NCBI GenBank assembly: GCA_965215145.1
Contig: OZ244038.1
Location: 90,257-154,256, forward strand
Direction: 5' to 3'
Length of the DNA: 64,000 bases
Source: Rhodothermales bacterium
Lineage (GTDB): Bacteria; Bacteroidota; Rhodothermia; Rhodothermales; JANQRZ01
This document shows positions 8,560-17,950 of the stretch, in pieces. The stretch's first letter is position 1. Every line of letters begins with the position of its first letter. The notes under the pieces were generated by a model that saw nothing but the letters and a program-made list of their open reading frames with translations, was not told the DNA's origin and did no database searches. The translations under genes and the position numbers were made by a program.

Positions 8560-8575
8560 TGCCGGGTAGCGCCGG

Positions 8576-9595
8576 TCAGGTGTACGAGCGGCGGCCTCGG
8601 CGCCGGGCCAACCCCGCGAGGTCGCGCCGCAGGAGGCTGCCCAACAGGCCGGCGGCTGCACGCAGACGGAGGCGCGGGTGCAGGGGGCCGCCGTAGAGAA
8701 GGGCCTCCGCATATGCCCTCCGAGCCTCGCCGAACCTGCGCTGCTGGAGGCGCTGCCGCCCCGTCTTCGTAAGAGCGCGGTGCCGCTTGAAGCCAGCGGC
8801 GTCGAGGAGGTCGCGTTCGGTGAGGGCGACGACCGGACGGACGGCCGCCGGCAGCGCCCCGAAGTGGTCGAGCACGAGTTGACAGCACCCCTCGACGATC
8901 TCGACAATCCGCTGCTGCGTAACCTGCGACGGGTGCTGGCGCCACCGCGCGAGGGGCTCGGGTACGAACACGAACGGCCCCCGTGTGGCGAGCGTCAGCC
9001 AGGTGGGCAGGTCCACGAGGGGGAGCCCATAGGGCTGCTGGAACCCGTCGATCTCGCGGAGTGCATCCACCCTCACGATCACGGTGGCGGTGACGACGCA
9101 GTTGTGGAGGTAGAGCTGGTTCAGGACGGCCCCGACCGGCTCGTTGCGGTAGTGCACGTTGCTGCAGCGCCCGCCCGAGAGCACGGCGCGGCGGAGATCG
9201 CCTACGTGGTCGTTGAAGCGGAAGGCGTCCGACCATGCGAGTACGCGCCGCGGGTCGGCTTCCATGAGCGGAAGCTGACGCGCCAGCTTCTCGGGCAGCC
9301 ACAGGTCGTCCCCCTCGAGGACCGCCACGAACGCGCCGCGCGCCTCGGCGAGCGCGCGGTTATACGTCTCCTGGAGGCGGTAGACGCCGACGTTGTCCTG
9401 CCGCAGCAGGCGGATGCGGCCGTCCTCGTCGGCCAGGGTCTGGACCACGGCCGCCGTCCCGTCGGTGCTGCCGTCGTCCACGACGAGCATCTCCCAGTCG
9501 GGCCGGGTCTGCGCCTGCACCGAGCGGATGCAGGCGCCGATGTAAGCCTCGTGGTTGTACGTCGGTGTGATGACGGTAACGGCCGGGGCGTCCAT
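8576..9595 (-). CDS. family 2 glycosyltransferase
   Basis: 339 aa from the ATG at 9595 (residue 223 of track ORF 8576-10261). VITPTYNHEAYIGACIRSV, LVVDDGSTDGT, LEGDDLW. Confidence 0.8.
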   Translation of the reverse strand: MDAPAVTVITPTYNHEAYIGACIRSVQAQTRPDWEMLVVDDGSTDGTAAVVQTLADEDGRIRLLRQDNVGVYRLQETYNRALAEARGAFVAVLEGDDLWLPEKLARQLPLMEADPRRVLAWSDAFRFNDHVGDLRRAVLSGGRCSNVHYRNEPVGAVLNQLYLHNCVVTATVIVRVDALREIDGFQQPYGLPLVDLPTWLTLATRGPFVFVPEPLARWRQHPSQVTQQRIVEIVEGCCQLVLDHFGALPAAVRPVVALTERDLLDAAGFKRHRALTKTGRQRLQQRRFGEARRAYAEALLYGGPLHPRLRLRAAAGLLGSLLRRDLAGLARRRGRRSYT

Positions 9596-9914
9596 ATTCG
9601 CGGAGGGCGTTTCTGTCCGGCCGAAGCTGAGGCTACCCGGGTGGAGCGGGGAGGGCCTAGCATGAAGGGTGCTCCGTATGCGCTGCCAATAAACGTCCGC
9701 TTCGCAGTTCGGATCAATACGCCGCCAGGGGTTCGAGGGCGCAGTGCTGTGGCGAAGCCGGAGTGAAGGCCGGCGTGGGGGGTTAAAGCTTCGGGTAAAT
9801 CGTTGTCTACGTCGCCGGTTTGTCCCCCGGCCAGCGGGCGGAGGGGCAACCGCACGGGGGTTCGTCGGTAGGTTCGGTTTTCGCCCGCTCCGCTCCCACA
9901 ACCGGCCGCCCTCG

Positions 9915-11333
9915 GTGACGACGCCACCACCGCCGCTCCGGGTCTTCTTCGTCTCGCACTCGTTCCCGCCCGAGGGCCGGCCGCTCGCCAACGTCGGGGG
10001 GATGCAGCGCGTGGCGACGGAGCTCCACGCCGCGCTCGCGGACACGCCCGGCGTCGCGCTCGACGCGGCGATCCTCCGGAGCACGTGGCGGTGGACGGCC
10101 GTACGCACGCTCCCGTTCCTGGCGGGGCTCCTGATGCGGCTCCCGCAGCGCGCCCGCGCCCACCGCGCCGACGTGGTCGTGTTCTCCTCCATCGTGACGG
10201 CCCTCGTGTGCTGGCCGCTCCGGCGGCGGCTCCGCGCGGCCGGCGTGGCGACGGCCGCCATCGTCCACGGTCTCGACGTGACGACGCCGGCCCCCCTCTA
10301 CCAGTGGTTCGTCCGGCAGGCGTTCCGCTCACTCGACCTCGTGCTGCCGGTCAGCCGCGCGACGGCCGCGGCGTGCGAGGCTCGCGGGCTGCCCCCGGAG
10401 CGCATCCACATCGTCCCGAACGGGGTCTCCCTCGACCGCTTCCTCAGCCCGCAGCGGGCGCTCGCCGTGCAGGCCACGCCGGGCGACGGTGCGCCCGCCC
10501 TCGCCGAGCCGGAGCTGGTGGTCCCGCCCCCCTCGTCGCCCCCCGCCTCCGTGCCGAAGCCCGTTACCCCCTGGGCCGAGGCGTTGAAGACGGAGAAGCT
10601 CGAGGCGCGGCGCCGGCTGGCCGGGCGGTTTGACGCGCCGGGCTTGCTGGAGGCCGAGACGCTCCTGCTGTGCAGCGTCGGCCGGCAGATCCCGCGGAAG
10701 GGGTTCGGCTGGTTCGTCCGCGAGGTGATGCCGCAGCTGCCCGAGAACGTCCACTACCTCCTCGCCGGCGAGGGGCCGACGGCCGAGGCCATCGAGGAGG
10801 CCGCCGCCGCCGTCGGCGTGGCCGGCCGGGTGCGGCGGCTCGGGTGCATCCCCGAGGCCGACCTCGCCACGCTGCTCCAGGCGGCCGACCTCATGGTGGT
10901 CCCGAACCGGCCCGTGCCGGACGACGTGGAGGGGTTCGGAGTCGTGATGCTGGAGGCGGGGCTGTGCGGGACGCCGTCGGTGGCCGCCGCGCTCGACGGC
11001 ATCCGCGACGTGATCGTGGACGGGCGGAACGGGCACCTCGTCCCGTCGGGCGCCGGCACCGCCTTCGCCGCGGCGATCCGGCGCTACGGGGACGACCGCC
11101 GGGCGCTGACGGCGCTGGCGGCGCGCACCCTCCGCTACACCGCCCGGACGTTCAACTGGCGGGCCGTGGCGGGGAGCTACCTGGAGGTGCTGCGGACGCG
11201 CCAGGGGCGGGCGCCGGTCGGCATCGAGCGGGGGGCCGCCCCGCCGCCCGTCGGGCTGCGCCCGGAGGGCCGCCTCGAGCGGGGCCCGGCCCGGCCCACC
11301 CTCGCGCCGACGGCCCCCTCGAACTCGACGTAG
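9915..11333 (+). CDS. GT-B fold glycosyltransferase (GT4-like)
   Basis: RVFFVSHSFPPEGRPLANVGGMQRV at the N-terminus and FGVVMLEAGLCGTPSVAA in the C-terminal half. The start is set at in-frame GTG 9915 to retain the first beta strand; ATG 10002 is the alternative. A Pro/Ser-rich insert and a low-complexity tail are present. Confidence 0.65.
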   Translation: MTTPPPPLRVFFVSHSFPPEGRPLANVGGMQRVATELHAALADTPGVALDAAILRSTWRWTAVRTLPFLAGLLMRLPQRARAHRADVVVFSSIVTALVCWPLRRRLRAAGVATAAIVHGLDVTTPAPLYQWFVRQAFRSLDLVLPVSRATAAACEARGLPPERIHIVPNGVSLDRFLSPQRALAVQATPGDGAPALAEPELVVPPPSSPPASVPKPVTPWAEALKTEKLEARRRLAGRFDAPGLLEAETLLLCSVGRQIPRKGFGWFVREVMPQLPENVHYLLAGEGPTAEAIEEAAAAVGVAGRVRRLGCIPEADLATLLQAADLMVVPNRPVPDDVEGFGVVMLEAGLCGTPSVAAALDGIRDVIVDGRNGHLVPSGAGTAFAAAIRRYGDDRRALTALAARTLRYTARTFNWRAVAGSYLEVLRTRQGRAPVGIERGAAPPPVGLRPEGRLERGPARPTLAPTAPSNST

Positions 11334-11343
11334 GCCCGCGCCC

Positions 11344-12558
11344 ATGCGAGCCCCAACCCCTCGGGGGGACGGCGGAGCCCCGCTCCGCGTCGCCCTCTTC
11401 ACCGGGAACTACAACCACATCCCCGACGGCGTCTCGCGGACGCTGAACCGGCTCGTGGCCTTCCTCGAGCGGCGGGGGGTCCCCGCGCTCGTCTTCGCGC
11501 CGACGGTGGAGGACCCGCCGATGGCGCACGCCGGCACGCTCGTCCCCGTCCCCTCAGTCCCCGCGCCAAAGCGGCCGGAGTACCGGCTCACGATGGGGTT
11601 CCCGCGCGAGGCCCGCGAGCGGCTCGAAGCCTTCGGCCCAACGCTCGTCCACATCGCCACGCCGGACCTACTGGGGTTCCGGGCGCTGCGGTGGGCCGGC
11701 ACGCAGGGCCTCCCGGTCGTGGCTTCCTACCACACCCACTTCACCTCGTACCTCAGGTACTACGGGCTCCAGTGGCTCGAAGGGGTGCTGTGGAGCTACG
11801 GGCGGTGGTTCTACGGGCAGTGCGAGCAGGTCTACGTCCCGAGCCGCTCGATGGCGGCGGTGCTGCGCAGCCACGAGATCGCGGGGGGCCTGCGGATCTG
11901 GGAGCGCGGCGTGGACACCGAGCGGTTCCACCCCCGCCACCGCGACCCCGCGTGGCGCCGCCGCCTCGGCATCTCCGACGACGAGGTCGTGGTGGCCTTC
12001 GTCAGCCGGCTCGTGTGGGAGAAGGGGCTCGACGTGTTCGCCGACGTGGTGGGGGGGCTGCGGGCGCAGGGGCTGCCGGCCCGGACGCTCGTCGTCGGCG
12101 ACGGCCCGGCGCGGGCGGAGCTCGAGGCGCGGCTCGGCGCGGGGGCCGTGTTCACGGGCCACCTCGAAGGCGACGCGCTCGCGCGGGCCTACGCCTCGGC
12201 CGACGTGTTCCTCTTCCCCTCCGACACCGAGACGTTCGGGAACGTGACGCTGGAGGCGATGGCGAGCGGGCTCCCCGCCGTCTGCGCCGACGCCACGGGG
12301 TCGAGCGAGCTCGTCCGGCACGACGTGACGGGCTTCCTCGCGCCGCCGGGCCAGAGCGCGGCCTTCCTGGACTACACCGCCCGGCTCGTCCGCGACGCCG
12401 AGCTCCGCACCCGCCTCGGCGCCCACGCCCTCGCCCGCGCCGAGCGCTTCAGCTGGGACGCCGTGCTGGAGCGCCTCCTCGGCTACTACCGCGAGGTCCT
12501 CGCCGGCCCCGCAGGCGCCCGGACCGAGCCCGTTCCCAGCCCCTCTCCCCTCTCCTGA
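11344..12558 (+). CDS. GT4 glycosyltransferase (SqdX/glycolipid-synthase-like N-terminus)
   Basis: 404 aa. LRVALFTGNYNHIPDGVSRTLNRLVAFLERRG... and FPSDTETFGNVTLEAMASGLPAV (the E-x7-E region). Confidence 0.85.
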   Translation: MRAPTPRGDGGAPLRVALFTGNYNHIPDGVSRTLNRLVAFLERRGVPALVFAPTVEDPPMAHAGTLVPVPSVPAPKRPEYRLTMGFPREARERLEAFGPTLVHIATPDLLGFRALRWAGTQGLPVVASYHTHFTSYLRYYGLQWLEGVLWSYGRWFYGQCEQVYVPSRSMAAVLRSHEIAGGLRIWERGVDTERFHPRHRDPAWRRRLGISDDEVVVAFVSRLVWEKGLDVFADVVGGLRAQGLPARTLVVGDGPARAELEARLGAGAVFTGHLEGDALARAYASADVFLFPSDTETFGNVTLEAMASGLPAVCADATGSSELVRHDVTGFLAPPGQSAAFLDYTARLVRDAELRTRLGAHALARAERFSWDAVLERLLGYYREVLAGPAGARTEPVPSPSPLS

Positions 12559-12571
12559 ATAGACCCGGCCT

Positions 12572-13819
12572 ATGCGTCTCTGCGACCTCACCCACGCCTA
12601 TACCGCGTCGAGCGGCGGCATCCGCACCTACATCGACGCCAAGCGGCAGTACATCCTCGACCGCACCGACGGGGAGCACCTCCTGATCGTCCCCGGCGAG
12701 CAGGACGAGGTCGAGGAGCGGGGGCGGCTGACGACGGTGCGCGTCGCCGGGCCGGTGATCCCCGGCGCGGCGCCGTACCGGCTGCTGCTGCGGATGGACA
12801 AGGTGAAGGCCGCGCTGCGGCGCTACCGCCCGGACCTCGTCGAGCTGACGAGCCTCTACACGTGCCCGTGGGCGGCGTTCTCGTACCGGAAGGACGCCGC
12901 CGAGGCCGGGCACCCCTGCGCCGTCTCGGCCTACTACCTCACCGACCTCCCCACGGCCTACGTCGAGCCCGCGGCGACGCGGCTGGGCGGCGAGGCCGTC
13001 GGGCAGTGGGCCAAGCAGCAGGCCACGCGCTACATGCAGGCGATCTACACCCGCCTCGACCTCGCCTTCACCTCGCACCCGGAGCACGTGGACCTCCTGC
13101 TCGGGCTCGGCGTCGAGGCGCCGGTCTACAACGTCCCGCTCGGCGTCGACCTCGACCTGTTCCACCCCCACCGCCGCAGCGACGACGTGCGGGCACGATT
13201 CGACGCCGGCCCGGACGACCTCGTGCTGCTCTACGCCGGCCGGCTCGACTCCGAGAAGTACGTCCACACGCTCGTGGACGCGCTGGAGCGGCTGCCGGCG
13301 GCGCTCCGCCCCCGCCTCGTGCTGGCCGGTGAGGGGCCGCACCGCGAGGCCCTCGAGGCGCGCGCAGCGGCGCTGGCCGCGTCGGACGAGCGGCGGCTGT
13401 TCGTGCTCCCCTACGTGCAGGACAAGCGGGAGCTCGCGGCGCTGATGGCGTCCGCCGACGTCTACCTCACGGCGGGGCCGCACGAGACGTTCGGGCTCTC
13501 GGTCGTCGAGGGGCAGGCGGCGGGGCTCCCAGTCGTCGGCGTCTACGCAGGCGCGCTGCGGGAGCGGGTGCCGGCGGGGACTGGCCTCCTCGGCCCCGTG
13601 GCTGACGCGGAAGCGATGGCCGCCAACATCGAGCGGGTGGCCGCCGAGCGTGCGGCGATGGGGGCGGCGGCGCGGGCGCACGTCGCAGCGTCGTTCTCGT
13701 GGGAGGCGTCGTTCGAGAAGATCTTCCGGGCTTACGGGCAGGTGATCCCCCGGTCGTCTCTCCCCGCACCGGGCGGAGACGGCGTCCGGCCTGCGCCGAC
13801 GGGCGTCTCTCCCGGCTGA
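12572..13819 (+). CDS. GT4 glycosyltransferase
   Basis: 415 aa. SSGGIRTYI near the N-terminus; PHETFGLSVVEGQAAGLPVVG in the C-terminal Rossmann half. Confidence 0.8.
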   Translation: MRLCDLTHAYTASSGGIRTYIDAKRQYILDRTDGEHLLIVPGEQDEVEERGRLTTVRVAGPVIPGAAPYRLLLRMDKVKAALRRYRPDLVELTSLYTCPWAAFSYRKDAAEAGHPCAVSAYYLTDLPTAYVEPAATRLGGEAVGQWAKQQATRYMQAIYTRLDLAFTSHPEHVDLLLGLGVEAPVYNVPLGVDLDLFHPHRRSDDVRARFDAGPDDLVLLYAGRLDSEKYVHTLVDALERLPAALRPRLVLAGEGPHREALEARAAALAASDERRLFVLPYVQDKRELAALMASADVYLTAGPHETFGLSVVEGQAAGLPVVGVYAGALRERVPAGTGLLGPVADAEAMAANIERVAAERAAMGAAARAHVAASFSWEASFEKIFRAYGQVIPRSSLPAPGGDGVRPAPTGVSPG

Positions 13820-14799
13820 TGGTGAGCGCCGCCCGCGGCAGCCTGGTGGAGGGTTACGTGCTAGCGAGCTATGGCGCGGAGCGCTACCTCCGCCACGCGG
13901 TCGCATCGGTGACCACGCTGCGGCGCTACGACCGCCGCCGGCCCGTGGCGCTCTACTGCCCCCCGGAACACGCCGAGGCGCTGCGACGCCACGGGCTCGA
14001 AGGCCTCTTCGACCGGGTCGAGCCGCTGCCCGAGGCGCACCGCTCGATCGTCGGGTTCAAACACCACCTCGACCGGTTCTTCCCCTTCGACCGCACCCTC
14101 TGGCTCGACGCCGACACCGTGTGGTGCCGCGACCCGGAGGGGCTGTGGGAGCAGCTCCGCCCGTACGCCTTCACCGCGACGGGCCTCCGCCGGGCCGACG
14201 TGTGGTTCGGGGCGTCGAAGGGCCTCGGCGTCGTGGCGGATGTGGCGCTGCGGCGGCGGGCGCGGACGCTGCGGCGGTTCGGGCTCACCGAGCTGCCGCG
14301 CGTGCAGTCCGGGTTGATGGCGGCCTCGGACCGGGCGCTGACGCGGCGGGTAGGCGAGGCGGCGCGGGGCTTCCTCCAGCAGCAGGACCGCACCCACTTC
14401 CGCAGCCGCCTCCGCGAGCCGGGCCGGGCGCTCGAGTCCTGCGAGTGGTCGCTGGCGATGGCGATGAGCGCGCTCCGCTTGCCGGTGCTGCCGTGGCGCC
14501 AGGGGCCGGAGAGCCCGCAGGTGGACTTCTTCGAGGCGGCGACGGACTACGACCCCGACTTCCGCAGCGTCCGCTACCGCTACCTCCGCAGCCGCTTCCT
14601 CCACGAGCTCCAGAGCGTGCCGGACGCCCGCCTCCGACGGCTCCTCGTCCAGGCAGCGCGAGCCGTCCCCGGTGCGGGCACGGCGGCGACGTTCACCCCG
14701 TACCTGCTCCACTTCGGGTGGCTTCGGGAGAAGCGGCCCTTCGAGGACTTCGCAGACCGGACGTGGCAGCGCCTCACCGCGGGCGGAGCGCAGGGCTAA
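13819..14799 (+). CDS. putative GT8-like nucleotide-diphospho-sugar transferase
   Basis: 326 aa from ATG 13819, overlapping the upstream TGA 13817-13819. YVLASYGAERYLRHAVASVTTLRRY... and the DxD segment LWLDADTVWCRDPEGLWE resemble glycogenin-type GT8 proteins. Confidence 0.5.
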   Translation: MVSAARGSLVEGYVLASYGAERYLRHAVASVTTLRRYDRRRPVALYCPPEHAEALRRHGLEGLFDRVEPLPEAHRSIVGFKHHLDRFFPFDRTLWLDADTVWCRDPEGLWEQLRPYAFTATGLRRADVWFGASKGLGVVADVALRRRARTLRRFGLTELPRVQSGLMAASDRALTRRVGEAARGFLQQQDRTHFRSRLREPGRALESCEWSLAMAMSALRLPVLPWRQGPESPQVDFFEAATDYDPDFRSVRYRYLRSRFLHELQSVPDARLRRLLVQAARAVPGAGTAATFTPYLLHFGWLREKRPFEDFADRTWQRLTAGGAQG

Positions 14800-15623
14800 G
14801 CGACCGGCTCGGGCGTGCGGACGCGGCGCGTCAGGACGGCCGTGCCGCGCGGGCTCGGCCGCATCGAGACCTCGAACGGCCCGTGCGCCTCGGCCCAACG
14901 GCGGACCGCCTCGGCCTCGTCGGCGCGGCGGGCGTCGTCGAGGATCACCACGGCGTCGGGGCCGAGGCGGTCGAACAGGAGCGGGCCGGCGGGGTGACGC
15001 GCGAGCGGGTTCGTCTCCAGCGGTGGCCCGTCGATGACCAGCAGGTCGATGCGGTCAGGCAGGTCCATCCCGTCGAGGTCGTACCAGCGGACGCGCCGGC
15101 CCTCGACCTCCTGCTCGCGGAGCGGCGCGTGGAGGACCTCCACCCGGTCCGCCAGCCCGTGCCGCGCCACCCGCCGCCGGGTCTCCTCGGCGAACGCCCC
15201 GTCGTGGTCGAGCGAGACGACCCGCCCACGCCCGACCTCTTCGAGCGCGTAGCCGAGCACGAGCGAGGACGCCCCACTGCCGAGCTCGACGACGACCCCG
15301 GGCTCCCGGTCCCACACCGCCTCGGCGAGCGTGGCGGCGAACTCGGCCGAGGCCGCCCACCGGGTCAGCGGGGGGAGCGGGGCGCGCAGCGGGAGGGCGC
15401 GGTGCAGCCACATCAGCGCCTGCGTGTGGTTGAGCCGCAGGATCTCCTCCTGCTCGGCCACGCGGTAGAGCTGGAGCTGAAGCCCGAGCACGAGCACGAG
15501 CGCGACGCCCACGGCGACGGGCAGGCTCGCCGCACCCCACAGCCACCACGCCCCCCCGCTCGCGACGGCGTACACGAGCGCGAGCGCGATGAGGAGGCGG
15601 GTGTCCTGATGCTTGAACTGCAC
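14796..15623 (-). CDS. class I SAM-dependent methyltransferase with N-terminal membrane anchor
   Basis: 275 aa. Two hydrophobic helices, then VVELGSGASSLVLGYAL (motif I) ... VVSLDHD ... IDLLVIDGP. Confidence 0.75.
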   Translation of the reverse strand: MQFKHQDTRLLIALALVYAVASGGAWWLWGAASLPVAVGVALVLVLGLQLQLYRVAEQEEILRLNHTQALMWLHRALPLRAPLPPLTRWAASAEFAATLAEAVWDREPGVVVELGSGASSLVLGYALEEVGRGRVVSLDHDGAFAEETRRRVARHGLADRVEVLHAPLREQEVEGRRVRWYDLDGMDLPDRIDLLVIDGPPLETNPLARHPAGPLLFDRLGPDAVVILDDARRADEAEAVRRWAEAHGPFEVSMRPSPRGTAVLTRRVRTPEPVA

Positions 15624-15682
15624 GGCGGCGGGAGGCGGAGCCGCGTCAAGGTAAGCGCCGGAACCCGCCCCGATGCCTCCGG

Positions 15683-16501
15683 TTGCCGCCGCAACCTCGC
15701 CCCTCCACTCTGATGCCCTCCTCCCCCACGGTGAGCTGCCTGATGGTCACGGCCGACCGGCCGGCGCTCGCGCGGCGCGCCATCCTCTCGTTCCGGGAGC
15801 AGACGTACCCCCGCAAGGAGCTCGTCGTGCTCGACAACGGGGAGCGGCAGATGGACGATCTCCTGGCGGACCTGCCCGACGCGGAGGTCCGGTACCGTCA
15901 CGTCAGGAAGGCGCCGGGGACGTGGATCGGCGCGCTGAGGAACGAGTCGCTCGGGATGGCGACGGGGGGCCTCGTGGTGCCGCAGTGGGACGACGACGAC
16001 TGGTCGCACCCGGAGCGGCTGGCGCGGCAGGCGGCGGTCCTGCTGGAGGGCTACGCCGCCTGCACGCTGCCGGGCTACCTCGTCCACCTCGACAGCCCGG
16101 ACTACTTCGAGCACCCGTTCGTCGGGCGGCTCCGCGAGGGGACCTGCCTGATGCACCGCCGCGGCGACGCCATCCGCTACCCGAACACCGAGCGCAAGAG
16201 CGACACCGCCTACGTCCGGGCGTGGCGCGAGCGCCGCCACCGCCAGCTCGCGCCCGCCGACGCGCGGCTGTACGTCCGCACCTTCCACGGCGGCAACCTC
16301 TGGGACGAGACCCACATCCTCCGGCGGATGCGGAACACCCCGGCCGACCTCCTCGCCTACGGGTGGCACCGCTACGTCCGCCGCGACGTCCTCGGCCACC
16401 CGCGCTTCCGGCTCGGCCCCGCCGCCCGCGCCTCGTTCGAGCTCTACCTCCGGCACTCCCGCGCCTGCGGCCTCTTCGCCAAGGGCGTTCCCACCGGCTA
16501 G
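15683..16501 (+). CDS. family 2 glycosyltransferase
   Basis: 272 aa. VSCLMVTADRPALARRAILSFREQTYPRKELVVLDNG and WDDDDW. Confidence 0.8.
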   Translation: MPPQPRPSTLMPSSPTVSCLMVTADRPALARRAILSFREQTYPRKELVVLDNGERQMDDLLADLPDAEVRYRHVRKAPGTWIGALRNESLGMATGGLVVPQWDDDDWSHPERLARQAAVLLEGYAACTLPGYLVHLDSPDYFEHPFVGRLREGTCLMHRRGDAIRYPNTERKSDTAYVRAWRERRHRQLAPADARLYVRTFHGGNLWDETHILRRMRNTPADLLAYGWHRYVRRDVLGHPRFRLGPAARASFELYLRHSRACGLFAKGVPTG

Positions 16502-17400
16502 TTCCACGCGAGCCGGCGGAGGCCAGCGGCGACGGCGGCGCTGCGCTCCCGGCCGAGGAGGCGGTCCAGCCACGCCGCCCACGGAAGCCCGAGCAGGATC
16601 AGCTCCCCGATCACGAACGTCGAGAGGATGTTCATCACGAGGAAGATGCCGACGTGGAGCGCGAGCACGGCCAGCACCATCGGGTAGCGGAACGGCCGCC
16701 ACCACATCAGGAACGCGAACAGCTCCGTCAGCAGCCCGAACACGAGGAAGCCCGCCGCCACGGCGTAGTGGTCCATCGCGAGCTGCTGGATCCAGCTCAG
16801 CCCGTAGACGCCGGTGTTCGAGAAGGCGTCCATGCTCTTCTCCCCGATCCACATCCACATGTGCCGCCCGTCGGCCCACAGCAGCCCCGTCCCGACGAAC
16901 TTCGAGAAGGCGGCCGACGTGTAACCGAGCCCGAGGAAGAAGTACGTGTAGCCGAGCACGAACCGGTTGCGCACGCCCTCCTCTGCAAAGAGGACCGCGC
17001 CGAGGGCGAAGCCGAGCAGCGTGACGCCGAGGAGGTGCGAGCCGTGCGGGTCGAACCCCTGCGAGAACCGCGTCACGAACTGGAAGTGGAGCAGCACGAA
17101 CCCCGCGAGGTACGCCCACCGCCACACCCGCAGGAAGCCGAGCGCGAGCAGCCCCGTCGTCAGCACCGCGCTGATGAGCGCCAGCGGCGTCCCGAAGGCG
17201 ACCGAGACGTCGAGGTAATGCGCCATCCCCAGCGGCTCGACCACGTCGCCGAGGCGGGGGATGACGCTCCCCCAGGTCCACGCGAACGAGACGCACGCGC
17301 CGACGATGTAGAGCTCGAACAGCCGGAAGAACAGGGCCTCCCCCGGGGTCTGCTCGCGGTCGGAGTCGAAGAGGTGGTGGGCGAGGGAGAGGCGGGCCAT
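16498..17400 (-). CDS. polytopic membrane protein, tentatively HTTM/SdpB-like
   Basis: 300 aa from ATG 17400 (residue 190 of track ORF 16498-17967; the upstream part is Arg/Pro junk). About 8 hydrophobic helices. LFFRLFELYIV and FVLLHFQFVTRFSQGFDPHGSHLLGV loosely resemble HTTM-domain proteins. The assignment is from pattern memory only. Confidence 0.45.
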   Translation of the reverse strand: MARLSLAHHLFDSDREQTPGEALFFRLFELYIVGACVSFAWTWGSVIPRLGDVVEPLGMAHYLDVSVAFGTPLALISAVLTTGLLALGFLRVWRWAYLAGFVLLHFQFVTRFSQGFDPHGSHLLGVTLLGFALGAVLFAEEGVRNRFVLGYTYFFLGLGYTSAAFSKFVGTGLLWADGRHMWMWIGEKSMDAFSNTGVYGLSWIQQLAMDHYAVAAGFLVFGLLTELFAFLMWWRPFRYPMVLAVLALHVGIFLVMNILSTFVIGELILLGLPWAAWLDRLLGRERSAAVAAGLRRLAWN

Positions 17401-17906
17401 CAGCGTGCGAGGGCGGGGCTGAGCACGGCCGTGTCGGCGTCGAGCACGAGGTAGGGGTAGAGCTCGACGCGGACGCCGCGCTCGTCGTCGAGCTCGCCGA
17501 CGGCGCGGAGGACGAGGAGGCGTCGGTCCGCGAGCCCCGGCCGCAGGACGGCCCGCAGCCCCTCGACCCGCTCGGCGTCCCAGACCTCCGTCTTCGAGAG
17601 GAAGTTCGAGAGGTCGAGCCGGTTGACCCCGTAGGCCCCGACGGCGAACGCCTCGCCGGGCAGCTCCTCCACGGAGACCGGCTCCCACGAGACCAGCCCT
17701 CCGGCGTCGGTCACGTCGCGGACGAGGGCGCGGCTCCACGGCTGGCCGGCCTGCGAAAACATCGGAAAGATGCTGAACGGCCAGAACTCCCCCTCGTGCG
17801 TCGCCACGAGCGCGGCGTAGGCTACGAGTACGCTCAGCAGCACCCGCAGCATCCGGCGCCGAAGCGGCGCCTGTGCCTCGGGGGGCTGTCTCTCCGTGCG
17901 GTCCAT
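17400..17906 (-). CDS. hypothetical membrane-anchored protein
   Basis: Its stop overlaps the start of the downstream membrane-protein gene by 1 nt (ATGA at 17398-17402). One N-terminal helix, LRVLLSVLVAYAALVA. Start could be 17930, 17906 (MDRTERQ) or 17852. GC3-rich. Confidence 0.5.
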   Translation of the reverse strand: MDRTERQPPEAQAPLRRRMLRVLLSVLVAYAALVATHEGEFWPFSIFPMFSQAGQPWSRALVRDVTDAGGLVSWEPVSVEELPGEAFAVGAYGVNRLDLSNFLSKTEVWDAERVEGLRAVLRPGLADRRLLVLRAVGELDDERGVRVELYPYLVLDADTAVLSPALAR

Positions 17907-17950
17907 GGGGAAGGCAATCCGGCCGCCCAAATCTACGCCCTGTCACCGCC

